A DNA stretch of 64,000 bases from Armatimonadota bacterium. Its GTDB lineage: Bacteria; Armatimonadota; Armatimonadia; Armatimonadales; Armatimonadaceae. Positions 29,966-38,933 of this stretch are shown one piece after another. How positions within the stretch are numbered: the stretch's first letter is position 1; each line of letters begins with the position of its first letter. The notes under the pieces are model-generated. The model saw only the letters and a program-made list of their open reading frames with translations. It was not told the DNA's origin and searched no databases. A program made the translations under genes and the position numbers. Location: contig JAYUUO010000282.1 in NCBI GenBank assembly GCA_043754515.1, positions 1-64,000 of the forward strand. The letters run 5' to 3'.

Positions 29966-29998
29966 GGGGCGGCGCAAAACGCGCCGCCCCTATCTTTT
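29966..29998 (+). terminator. Intrinsic terminator
   Basis: GGGGCGGCGC-AAAAC-GCGCCGCCCC followed by TATCTTTT, between convergent genes. Confidence 0.85.
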
Positions 29999-30037
29999 AT
30001 CCTGTCTCGCCGGGGAAACGGCGGGATCGTTCGCCCC

Positions 30038-30907
30038 CTACGCGCCCGCTACCAACACCGTGGCGTTTGCGGTCGCCGACTCTACGACCACCCGCCCATC
30101 CTCGACGTGTGTCACTAGGACGGAGGCACCGTTCGGGAGAAAGTCGCCTTCCGTCACCACGTCGAAGCGCGCCCCGCCGAAGTCCGCGATGCCGGAGGGA
30201 CGCAGGGCGGATAGCGCGGTACCTGTCCGACCGATCAGTGTCATCGGGCTTTGGCTAGCCGACAACGCGACCGTGGACTGTTGGCGCATCTGTTGGCTGA
30301 TCTGCTTCCAGAGCGGTGACTTCGGGAGGTAGGCGAAGAACGCCGTTAAAACAACGAGCGTCAATACCGAAGCCACTGGTAGCGCGAATGCCGCGTGATT
30401 GCTCCCGCCGAGAGCCCAGAACATACCCAGGAACAGTAGCAATAGCCCGCCGACCGCCGCGCTACCCTGACCCGGATAAACGTGTGTCTCCAGGAGAAGC
30501 AAGCCGACGCCCGCCAGCATCAGCACGATGCCGACCCAGCCGCCGGTCCCCTCGGTCACGTGCGCCGCGAACACGGTGCCGACCGCGATCACCCCGAGCG
30601 TGCCGGTCCACTCCCATGTCTTGGGAGTGAGTAGATCCACGAACAGTAGTAGGCAACCTACCACTAAAAGTAGTACCGTCGCCCACGGCGCGATGATTAC
30701 CAGAGCGGCTTGCGACCACCACCCCCCGGCGGACGCCGGGGCGTGGGTGCCCTGCGCGAGCGCGGCGGTCGCCCCGGCGGTCAATAGCCCTATGACCCCC
30801 AATACCCGCGTCGGACAATCCCCCGTAGAAACGGGGGATCCGCTCCGCGCCGATAGAGTGCGCCGCGCCGCGATGCGTGGGCCTGCTACGTAGGAATTAC
30901 CGGTCAT
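30038..30907 (-). CDS. NfeD-family membrane protein (YqeZ-like, no protease domain)
   Basis: Multi-TM region followed by LIGRTGTALSALRPSG...DVVTEGDFL...V OB fold. Confidence 0.85.
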   Translation of the reverse strand: MTGNSYVAGPRIAARRTLSARSGSPVSTGDCPTRVLGVIGLLTAGATAALAQGTHAPASAGGWWSQAALVIIAPWATVLLLVVGCLLLFVDLLTPKTWEWTGTLGVIAVGTVFAAHVTEGTGGWVGIVLMLAGVGLLLLETHVYPGQGSAAVGGLLLLFLGMFWALGGSNHAAFALPVASVLTLVVLTAFFAYLPKSPLWKQISQQMRQQSTVALSASQSPMTLIGRTGTALSALRPSGIADFGGARFDVVTEGDFLPNGASVLVTHVEDGRVVVESATANATVLVAGA

Positions 30908-30916
30908 CCGTGTACG

Positions 30917-31423
30917 CTACCCTTCCTCGCCCGCCGTCTGGAACGGGTCGGTCAGCAGATACTTTTGCAGTCGGCGCTCGGTGTTGAACGCGACGGCTTG
31001 CGTAAACCAGATCGCGCCGACCGCAACGTTGTTCAGGAGCCGGAACGCGCGCAGTTTCAGGCGCGGAAGAAAGCCTAGACGCTGCTCCGCGACGGCCTCC
31101 TCTACCTGGGGCGCGAGTTCGTGCCAGATGTCCAGCACCGGCTCGCGCCGGGGGACGTGCGCGTGCAGAAAGTCCAGCATCGTCCCGAGTGCCTTCGCCT
31201 CGCTCGCGCACTCAGGACAATCCAGGACGTGTGCCGCCACGACGGATCGCCGCTTGCTGTCTAAACTCCCTTCGACGAACTCCGAGAGGAGTGTCCGCGC
31301 ACCCCGGCACTCCGCCGTGCTTTCCTCCCGCCCCGCCGAACCCGTCTGCCCGTGAGAATCACGACCGAACGTAACACTCGTCGGGGACGGCGGCTTTTTG
31401 AACACGAAACCGTTCTGGCTCAT
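30917..31423 (-). CDS. Zinc-binding anti-sigma factor (zf-HC2)
   Basis: C...[10 protein letters not shown]...HVLDCPEC (HxxxCxxC); ATGA overlap with the sigma gene. Confidence 0.85.
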   Translation of the reverse strand: MSQNGFVFKKPPSPTSVTFGRDSHGQTGSAGREESTAECRGARTLLSEFVEGSLDSKRRSVVAAHVLDCPECASEAKALGTMLDFLHAHVPRREPVLDIWHELAPQVEEAVAEQRLGFLPRLKLRAFRLLNNVAVGAIWFTQAVAFNTERRLQKYLLTDPFQTAGEEG

Positions 31424-32175
31424 TGCCCGATTCCCCCTTCTATTAAATCCAGGTATGGCTGGAACCGCTTTTTGAAGACTAGCCGCGCCCGGTGTATCTT
31501 TGATTTCACATTCACGATAGAAAGTTCCGTCACCTGGGATATCTCATCGTACGATAACTGCTCGAAGTCGCGCAGAATCAGTAGCATTCGTGCCTCGGTC
31601 GGAAGCGTCGCCAGCACCTCGTCAACGACCCGTTGCAGTTCGCGCACCTCGGCGAGTTTTCCCACGTTCATCCCGACGTCAACCGGCTCGCAGTTCGGGT
31701 TATCTTCCTGCGACTCCTGGAGCGATTCTTCCTCAATTACATTCTTATGCCGGATGTGATTCAGGCAGGTATGTCGCGCGATGGTGTAAAGCCATGTGGA
31801 AACTTTGCTATCACCCCGAAACGAGGGGATGGCGCGCAGTGCTTTAATGAACACGTCCTGCGTGATGTCGTAGGCGTCTTCGCCGCGTACCATCCGGCAC
31901 ACCATGCTGAAAATCGGCGTCTGGTATTTCTTGAACAGCGTCTCGAATGCCTTCGGGTCGCCCGCGAGGTGCGCCCGCACCAGCAAGAAATCGGGATCGG
32001 CGGGGCGACCAGTCGGGGCGAAATCAACGGGCTTATCCTCCCGCGCGCCGAAAAAGCCGAACGGTTGTCGCGCGGGCTGTTGCGTGCCCGCCGGTGACGG
32101 GGTACTCGCCGCGTTCGTAAAGACCGCTTGCAGTGGATTATGTGCCCAGGCCGTTGCCGTCATCTTGTTACCCAT
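31420..32175 (-). CDS. ECF RNA polymerase sigma factor (SigW/RpoE-like)
   Basis: [41 protein letters not shown]; exact start uncertain. Confidence 0.93.
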   Translation of the reverse strand: MGNKMTATAWAHNPLQAVFTNAASTPSPAGTQQPARQPFGFFGAREDKPVDFAPTGRPADPDFLLVRAHLAGDPKAFETLFKKYQTPIFSMVCRMVRGEDAYDITQDVFIKALRAIPSFRGDSKVSTWLYTIARHTCLNHIRHKNVIEEESLQESQEDNPNCEPVDVGMNVGKLAEVRELQRVVDEVLATLPTEARMLLILRDFEQLSYDEISQVTELSIVNVKSKIHRARLVFKKRFQPYLDLIEGGIGQ

Positions 32176-32381
32176 TCGCGCCGCGTCCTCTCTTCGCCGT
32201 CCCGCGCCGCCCGACGCGACGGTAGGTGAATGAACACGGCTTCCTTATCATCTCGGTAGACACGCGGAGTGTGGCCGCGGTTGCATGGGGCGCGTAAATG
32301 TTCGGCGACGCGCGGCGGGAAACCGGACGCGACTTAAATACAACAAAACCGATTGGATATATGGTATTATTTGAAGCGGTT

Positions 32382-33239
32382 ATGACCATTGCCGATCCTC
32401 CCGCCGCGCGTCGCCTTTCCTCTCCAGGCGGCCGCGTCGCTACAACCGTACCGAGCGTATCAGGCACGTTCTCATTAGGTCGCTTGGTGCCGCAGGTCGC
32501 CTTTTACCTCGCCCTCCTATTCGCCTGGTGGTTCCTGGCGGAGCGGAGAGTCTGGCCTCCTTATCTCCTCCCACCCCCCCGCGACGTGTGGCTATTCCTC
32601 GCGGGTGCCACGAAAGACGGGACGTTGTTGCCCGCCGTGGCCACCTCCGCCCTGCGCGGCGCGGCGGGGTACGGTATTGCACTGGGGCTGGGCACGGTGT
32701 TGGGCCTCGCGCTCGCCCGCGTCCGATGGCTCGACGAGACGCTGGGCGGCGCGGTCGTCGGTCTGCAATCGCTCCCCTCGATCTGTTGGTTCCCGCTCGC
32801 GCTTCTCTGGTTCGGCCTGAACGAGAAGGCGGTGTTCTTCGTGGTCGTGATGGGTGCTCTCTTCGCGGTCACGCTCGCCGTACGCTCAGGGGTGCGCTCC
32901 CTGCCCCCGCTCACACTTCGTGCCGCGCGTACGCTGGGCGCGACCGGGCACAGACTCTGGCTATATGTGCTGTTGCCCGCCATTCTGCCCGCGTTCCTGT
33001 CGGGAATGCGGCAGGGCTGGGCGTTCGCGTGGCGTTCGCTGATGGCGGCGGAACTACTGTCGCAGTCACTGAAGGCCGGGGTGGGGCACCTGCTGAGCAC
33101 AGGGCGCGATCTAAACGACATGCCGATGGTGCTCGGCATGATCGCCGTGATTTTGCTGTTCGGCGTCGCGGTGGACAGGGTTCTATTCGCCCCGCTGGAG
33201 CGCGTCGTCGCCCGCCGCTGGGGCACGGAGGGCGCGTGA
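32382..33239 (+). CDS. Nitrate/sulfonate-type ABC transporter permease (SsuC/TauC-like)
   Basis: LLPPP, LQSLPSICWFPL, AARTLGA, AWRSLMAAEL. Confidence 0.9.
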   Translation: MTIADPPAARRLSSPGGRVATTVPSVSGTFSLGRLVPQVAFYLALLFAWWFLAERRVWPPYLLPPPRDVWLFLAGATKDGTLLPAVATSALRGAAGYGIALGLGTVLGLALARVRWLDETLGGAVVGLQSLPSICWFPLALLWFGLNEKAVFFVVVMGALFAVTLAVRSGVRSLPPLTLRAARTLGATGHRLWLYVLLPAILPAFLSGMRQGWAFAWRSLMAAELLSQSLKAGVGHLLSTGRDLNDMPMVLGMIAVILLFGVAVDRVLFAPLERVVARRWGTEGA

Positions 33240-33273
33240 CGCAACGCCCCATTTTCGATGCGGGCGGTGCGCC

Positions 33274-34077
33274 GTGCCCATAGCCGTCTCGAACGTCGGT
33301 CGTCGCTACGGGGATGTCGTCGCGCTTGAGGATGTATCTCTTGTAGTCCCGGACGGCCAGTTCCTCGCGCTGATCGGGCCGTCGGGTTGCGGCAAGTCCA
33401 CGCTACTCTCCATGCTCGCCGGTCTGGACGCGCCGACGACCGGTACCATTACGGTTTCCGGTCGGGTCGGGATGGTATTCCAGGAGGCCGCGTTGTTCCC
33501 GTGGCGCACGGTACGCGACAATGTGGCCTTCGGCTTGCAGATGCGGAGTGTCGCGAAGGGGGAGCGAGAGCGGCGCGCGGACGAGGCGTTGAAACTGGTA
33601 CACTTGTCGCGCTTCGCCGGGTCATTCCCGCACGAACTGTCGGGCGGCATGCGGCAACGCGCCGCCATCGCCCGCGCCCTGGTCGCCGACCCGGACGTGC
33701 TGTTGATGGACGAACCGTTCGGCGCGCTAGACGCGCAGACCCGCTCCCTGCTCCAGTCCGAACTGCTCGCGGTGTGGGAGATGACGCGCAAAACGGTGGT
33801 GTTCGTCACGCATGGCATGGACGAGGCACTGGTTCTCGCGGACCGGATCGTGCTCCTGTCCGCGCGGCCGGGGCGGATCATCGCCGACCTTTCGATAGAC
33901 GCGCCCCGCCCCCGCGACCCACGTGCCGATTCCACGCTCCGCGCCGCGTACGAGACGCTGCGCGATCTGCTCACGAAGGAGGTCGAGTCGGTCGCCCGCG
34001 CGGAGCACGACGGTGATTGGGCGGGCGTCTCGCAACCCGCCGCCGATCCGAACGCTTCCGAAGGTGCCGACATCTGA
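33274..34077 (+). CDS. Nitrate/sulfonate-type ABC transporter ATP-binding protein
   Basis: GPSGCGKS, VFQEAALFPW, LSGGMRQR, MDEPFGALD. Confidence 0.93.
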   Translation: MPIAVSNVGRRYGDVVALEDVSLVVPDGQFLALIGPSGCGKSTLLSMLAGLDAPTTGTITVSGRVGMVFQEAALFPWRTVRDNVAFGLQMRSVAKGERERRADEALKLVHLSRFAGSFPHELSGGMRQRAAIARALVADPDVLLMDEPFGALDAQTRSLLQSELLAVWEMTRKTVVFVTHGMDEALVLADRIVLLSARPGRIIADLSIDAPRPRDPRADSTLRAAYETLRDLLTKEVESVARAEHDGDWAGVSQPAADPNASEGADI

Positions 34078-34089
34078 CGCGCTCCTCCT

Positions 34090-34953
34090 TCACAACCCGA
34101 TACCCGTGAATCGCTTTAACCCGCCACGCCAGAGGAGCGTAGACAGGCACAGCCCGCCGATGATCCAGCCGACCTGATGGAGCAGACCGCTGTGGATCTG
34201 CTCGGTGGTCAGACGCCCCAGGAACAGCTCGGTCGGGAACGCGATGGTGTAGCGGAACGGCAACGCCTCCGCGAGCCAGCGAAAGGACGCCGGGAATAGC
34301 GCGATCGGCGCGACCTGGCCGTTGAATATCACCAGCGGGATGAACCAGAAGTTGAACAACGAGCGCGTCTCGACCACATATAGCGCGAGCAAGCCGACCG
34401 GGTAGGTGATACAGAACGACACGAAGTGCCCGAGTACCAGCGCAAGTAGAAAATAGCCGTCTGGATGGTAGTCGGCGAAATGGAGCGTGCCCCGAAACAG
34501 CCACGCGGCGAGCAGAAACACCGGTAGGAACAACACGGTGCGCATGATTCGCCACGCCAGAAACCCTAAATAGTTGTACGCCTGGTAGCCGAAGGGACGG
34601 AGCAGAAACGCGGAAAATTTGCCGTCTTTGATGTCCTGCGCGATCTCCCACATCTGGTGGCACGTCACGAAGTTGCCGACCGCGAGCAGGATCAGATAGT
34701 AGGCTGTGATCTGACTCGGGTCGTAGCCCGCGATGTTGCTCCGCCCATGGAACGACGCGAGCCAGATCAGCGGCATTACCAGGGTTGGGATCGTGTCGGT
34801 CAGGATCCAGATAACCGCGACGGCGCGGTACGTCAGAGCATCCTGCACGAAAACGCTGAAAATACGGCTCCATTTCCGAATCAGCCGCGGGAATAATTGT
34901 TTGACACTAAGCGGTGGGGGAGTGACAGGCGCGGGAGTGGTTGCGGTAAGCAT
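34090..34953 (-). CDS. ABC-2 family transporter permease (DUF990-like)
   Basis: ALTYRA, IAQDIKDGKFSAFLLRP, LPFRYTIAFP, terminal G-I-G. Confidence 0.85.
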   Translation of the reverse strand: MLTATTPAPVTPPPLSVKQLFPRLIRKWSRIFSVFVQDALTYRAVAVIWILTDTIPTLVMPLIWLASFHGRSNIAGYDPSQITAYYLILLAVGNFVTCHQMWEIAQDIKDGKFSAFLLRPFGYQAYNYLGFLAWRIMRTVLFLPVFLLAAWLFRGTLHFADYHPDGYFLLALVLGHFVSFCITYPVGLLALYVVETRSLFNFWFIPLVIFNGQVAPIALFPASFRWLAEALPFRYTIAFPTELFLGRLTTEQIHSGLLHQVGWIIGGLCLSTLLWRGGLKRFTGIGL

Positions 34954-34994
34954 CAGTCCTTATTATAGCGCGGGATGCCGCGCCGCGTTCCGCG

Positions 34995-35624
34995 CTAATT
35001 ACAACCCAGGTCCCGGCGCACCGATTCGCCCACCGGATAGTGCCGCTCCTCCGGCACTTCGGGCAGGTCGCCCCGCGGTTGCCGCACGCACGCCCTGATC
35101 TCATGCGCCAATCTGGTCACGTCCTCGACGCCGACGATCCACTCGTTAACGTAGCGGTGGACGAAATCGCCGCTGATGCCGAACTGAATCGCGCGTCGGT
35201 CCATCTTCTCGTTGCGCGGGGTGCGATCCGGATCCCACTGGCAACGCACCTTAGACCGGCGCAGGGCATCCCCCCACAATATCTCGGTCGTGCAAACTTC
35301 CGGCGCGTAGTGTGAGAGGACTGCCTCCTCCAGAATCGCGTCGAACCCGGCACGGGTGATCCGTATTCGGGCGATGGCCTCCTGCCGGTGAGCGGTCGCA
35401 TACTCGGACCGGTGGAGCATCCAGCCGAACGACGGCTTGATTCAGGTCATTCGGCTCATCCCGAATCCCTTGCCGAACGTGCCGTGCTCCGTTGCGTAGG
35501 CGATGATCTCGCGGTCGAACGCCTGGTAAACGGTGACCGTTTCATCGTCGTAGCACACCAGAACGCGGCGCGGGTTCGCCACCGCTTTATCATCCTGTGT
35601 GTTTAGATTGTGTATCATTGACAT
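34995..35624 (-). pseudogene. DUF4291 protein interrupted by an in-frame TGA
   Basis: VYQAF...MSRMT*IKPSFGWMLHRS...VRCQWDPDR...RRAIQFG. The stop at 35442-35444 falls on the conserved Trp of RMTWIKPSF. Confidence 0.88.
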
Positions 35625-35658
35625 CTATGTCGCGGGGTGTGAGCGATCCGCTAAATCA

Positions 35659-36773
35659 CTACCGGTAGTGCCGCGCCGTCATTACGCGCTTATCAGGACC
35701 GGTTGCCACATCACATACCGACGCGTCCACGAACGCTTCCTGAAGCCACGCCTCCTTCGGCGAGATTACCAAGGCGCCCGCCTTACCAGGTTTGAGGCGG
35801 CGGGGGAGCGAGAGCACGCCGCTCCACCCCGCCGCGACCTGTTCGGCCTCCGGTCGCTGTTCGCGAATCCAGCCGAACAGGAGCCGCTCGCCGCCCGCGC
35901 CGAGGCAGGACTTCGCGGCGTAAAACGGCCCGTCGTCGCACGAACCCCACGCCTCGCGGGCGAATGTCATGCTGCCTGTGTCCATAGTGCCGATGTGCCG
36001 CGCGACGTCAGCAGGCACCACTTGTCCGTGCCGGGCAGGGGAAGAAGTCGGGGCACTCGAAATCGTGCCCAGTCCCGGCGTCGCCCGAGAACAATACGTG
36101 CCGGTATTCCCAGCGGAGCAGGGTATCGTCCGTCGCCTCATAACAGAAACGCCGCGCCGCCCGCGCCGTTCCGTTGCTCGTTGCCGATCACGCAGTACCA
36201 TTTGCCGTCCGGCGTCGCGAATGTTTGCGGGTCACGGAAGCACTCGCCGTAACCGCCCGGTTTTTCGGAGAGGCCGGTCAGCGGGTTGTCCGCGCACTTC
36301 TCACATGTCATCAGATCGTCCGAGAGCGCGGCGCATTGCACCTGCGTGAACGGGTCGTTAGACGGGATCGCGGTGTACAGCGCGACGTATTTGCCGTCCG
36401 GCGGTCGTCGCGTGATACAGCCCGTCCAGACGCCGCGGAAATCCGGGTCGCCCGGAGTTCGGGACGGCGCGAGGGCAATCCCGTGGTTCTGCCACGTCAG
36501 CAGGTCGGTGCTAGACACGTGGAGCCAGTGCATGTCGCCTCAGACGGGCGCGCCCGGGTTGTGTTGAAGGTAAACGTGGTACCGCCCCGTCCGGTCGTCG
36601 AAAAACGGGACCGGGTCGTTGATCCAGGTTCCCGGTGGCGCGGCGAAATGGTAGCGCGGGCGGTTCTCGTCGGTCGGCATGGGCGGCGGCAGCATAATGG
36701 CGTCAGCGTTGGACGCTCCGGGCGGATATTCCTCCCACGCTCCCTGGGCGACAGACGAGATCGGTGTGTTCAA
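35659..36773 (-). pseudogene. GH32 (beta-fructofuranosidase-like) pseudogene
   Basis: WINDP, FRDP and FECPD catalytic motifs are spread over different frames. TGA at 36540-36542; frameshifts near 36142, 36040 and 35997; C-terminal beta-sandwich largely missing. Confidence 0.92.
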
Positions 36774-36820
36774 TCGTTTGCCCCGAAAACACTCGGCTTG
36801 ATGACCCCGTGAAACGAAGT

Positions 36821-36850
36821 TTGACTATTGCGCCGCGCTTGTGTTATCAT
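36821..36850 (+). promoter_or_regulatory. Sigma-70-type promoter for the surface-protein cluster
   Basis: TTGACT-18 nt-TATCAT with an extended -10 TG. Confidence 0.65.
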
Positions 36851-37179
36851 GTCGTCGTGATCGGTAATCAGAGTACGCCTACCGAATGTCAGTCGCCCGA
36901 CCCCGGAGCGGAAGGGGAGTGGGTGCGCCACCATCGCCCCCTCTTTTTCCCGGCGTGTCTGACCGAATGGCGGCAACTCCCCGGCGCGCGAGTTGTCCAA
37001 AACAGCGTTCGTTCTTTGGAATCAGGTGCCGACCGTTCCGAACATCACCCAAACCGCCCCGCCATCCTGCCGGGGTAAGATCGAAGATACCGCCTTGTTC
37101 GTAATCGTCCAAGGCGAACCAGGGGCGGTCTCTGAATATTTGCCAGAGGTTCCTTGCCGACACCCTATGAGGAGTTGAA

Positions 37180-38808
37180 ATGCGTTTGCTATTTTTTCAG
37201 TCTCGAACTGAGCGATCACTCCCCGTTGCGTCGCTGACGTGTACGGTGCTTGCCTGTTGCGCGTTGTTGGGCGCGGTGCTTGGTACCGGGGGGTGTGGCG
37301 GCGGCCACGACGACGGTTCGGGGAACGCCTCGCCCTCGCCTTCTCCCACCGCGACGCCCGCCTCGACTCCCATCCCGCAACCCGTCTCCTTCGACCTGAC
37401 CTGGGGGCCGCGCACCCGCGCCGTGCTTAACGCCGGTAGCATCAACTCCGCGCGGTCCGCCATGTTCACGCTGTATCAGGGGACCGACCGCCTCGGCGGA
37501 ATCAAAGCCTTAATCAAGGTCAACCGCGACACCCGTACCGATTCTTACACGGTCAGCCTCAACACTGGCACGGCGACCCTGGACGCGCGCCAGCCCGTGC
37601 TGATTGACGCCGTTTTCTACGCGAACCCTGATCAGGTCGGTGCCGTCGTCGCCGGTGCCTCGTTGCAGTCCTCCATCAGCAAGACGAACGGCGCGCTCGC
37701 CGACTCCGTCTCGCTCGTCGGCGAGATCACGAACGTCCAGGTGTTCGGCACCACCGCCTTCGTCGGCGAATCCTCTCCGATCACGATCAATACCAGCAAC
37801 CGGTTCGGGAGCCTGATACCCATCTCGCCCGGCTCGCTGACCCTAACGGTCGTGACCGGTACCGATAAATTGTCGGCGCAACCGGGTAACGGCCCCGCCG
37901 ATCCGCAGCAGGTAACCGGACTGGCACCCGGCGTCGCGACCCTCACGGCGAGCGTTGACGGTGCGACCAGCCCGCCCGTCACGATCAATGTTGCCTCCCG
38001 CGCCATCGTCACCATCGCGCCGCCGAACCCCGCCGTATTTCTCACCAGGACGTTGCAACTGACGGCGGTAGTTTCCGGATTGCCGAACGGTGCGGGCGCG
38101 GCGGGCCAGGCGGTCATATGGAGCGTGAACACGCCGAACGGCGGCACCATCTCGCCGACCGGTCTGTACACCGCGCCCGCCCAGGAAGGTAACTACGTCG
38201 TCCAGGCGCAGTCGGTTTACGACCCGACCAAGATCGCGACCGCCTCGGTCGCCGTCACCTCCGGCGTCGCGGTGATCGTTTCCCCGCCTACCGCCAACAT
38301 TTCCCTGGGCGAGCCGACGCAGTTCAGCGCGGCGGTTTCCAACGCGCCCGCCGGTAAAACCGACGTCATCTGGTCGGTACAGGGGGGCGACACAAACGGC
38401 ACCATCCTGGCAAACGGCACGTATACCGCGCCGCGCAGGGAAGGCACCTACACGGTGGTCGCTACCAGTGCCTTCGACAACCGGAAGTTCGGAACTGCAA
38501 CCGTCACCGTCACCTCGCAGGTAAACGTGGTAATCACGCCGCGCGTCAACGTGACCGTGGGCGTCGGGCTGACGCAACAGTTCACGGCAGCCGTGGCGCG
38601 GGCGGTGGGGGACAACTCGGTCACCTGGAGGGTGGAGCCTGATGCGAGCGGGAACGCGGTCGGCACGATCTCGCCGACTGGCTTGTACACCGCCCCCGCG
38701 AAGCGTACTCTGGTCTACATCCGCGCGACCAGTAATTTCGACTCCCGCCGGTTCGACCGCGTTCCGGTGCAGATAACCGCCGGTGGAGCCGACATCTCGG
38801 TCAAGTAA
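37180..38808 (+). CDS. Lipoprotein with tandem bacterial Ig-like repeats
   Basis: Lipobox GGC, Pro/Ser/Thr linker and three V-x-W-x-V...GTI...G-x-YTAP repeats; GAGGAG RBS. Confidence 0.85.
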   Translation: MRLLFFQSRTERSLPVASLTCTVLACCALLGAVLGTGGCGGGHDDGSGNASPSPSPTATPASTPIPQPVSFDLTWGPRTRAVLNAGSINSARSAMFTLYQGTDRLGGIKALIKVNRDTRTDSYTVSLNTGTATLDARQPVLIDAVFYANPDQVGAVVAGASLQSSISKTNGALADSVSLVGEITNVQVFGTTAFVGESSPITINTSNRFGSLIPISPGSLTLTVVTGTDKLSAQPGNGPADPQQVTGLAPGVATLTASVDGATSPPVTINVASRAIVTIAPPNPAVFLTRTLQLTAVVSGLPNGAGAAGQAVIWSVNTPNGGTISPTGLYTAPAQEGNYVVQAQSVYDPTKIATASVAVTSGVAVIVSPPTANISLGEPTQFSAAVSNAPAGKTDVIWSVQGGDTNGTILANGTYTAPRREGTYTVVATSAFDNRKFGTATVTVTSQVNVVITPRVNVTVGVGLTQQFTAAVARAVGDNSVTWRVEPDASGNAVGTISPTGLYTAPAKRTLVYIRATSNFDSRRFDRVPVQITAGGADISVK

Positions 38809-38933
38809 GTAATCCCGACCGGGCGGTGGACTCGCTCCGCCGCCCCCGCAACCGTTCCCTGCGCGAGCAGGGCGGGGGCACCGATCAAAGCGCGTTGCGA
38901 ACGCGCTGTGACCTACACCATAAACGGACCCGT

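Noticed and set aside
35442..36542. Genome-wide UGA=Trp recoding (genetic code 4 or similar)
   Set aside because: TGA is the genuine stop of leuB, aroA, pheT, wzc and many ATGA-coupled genes, TGG is used normally, and GH32 also carries frameshifts.
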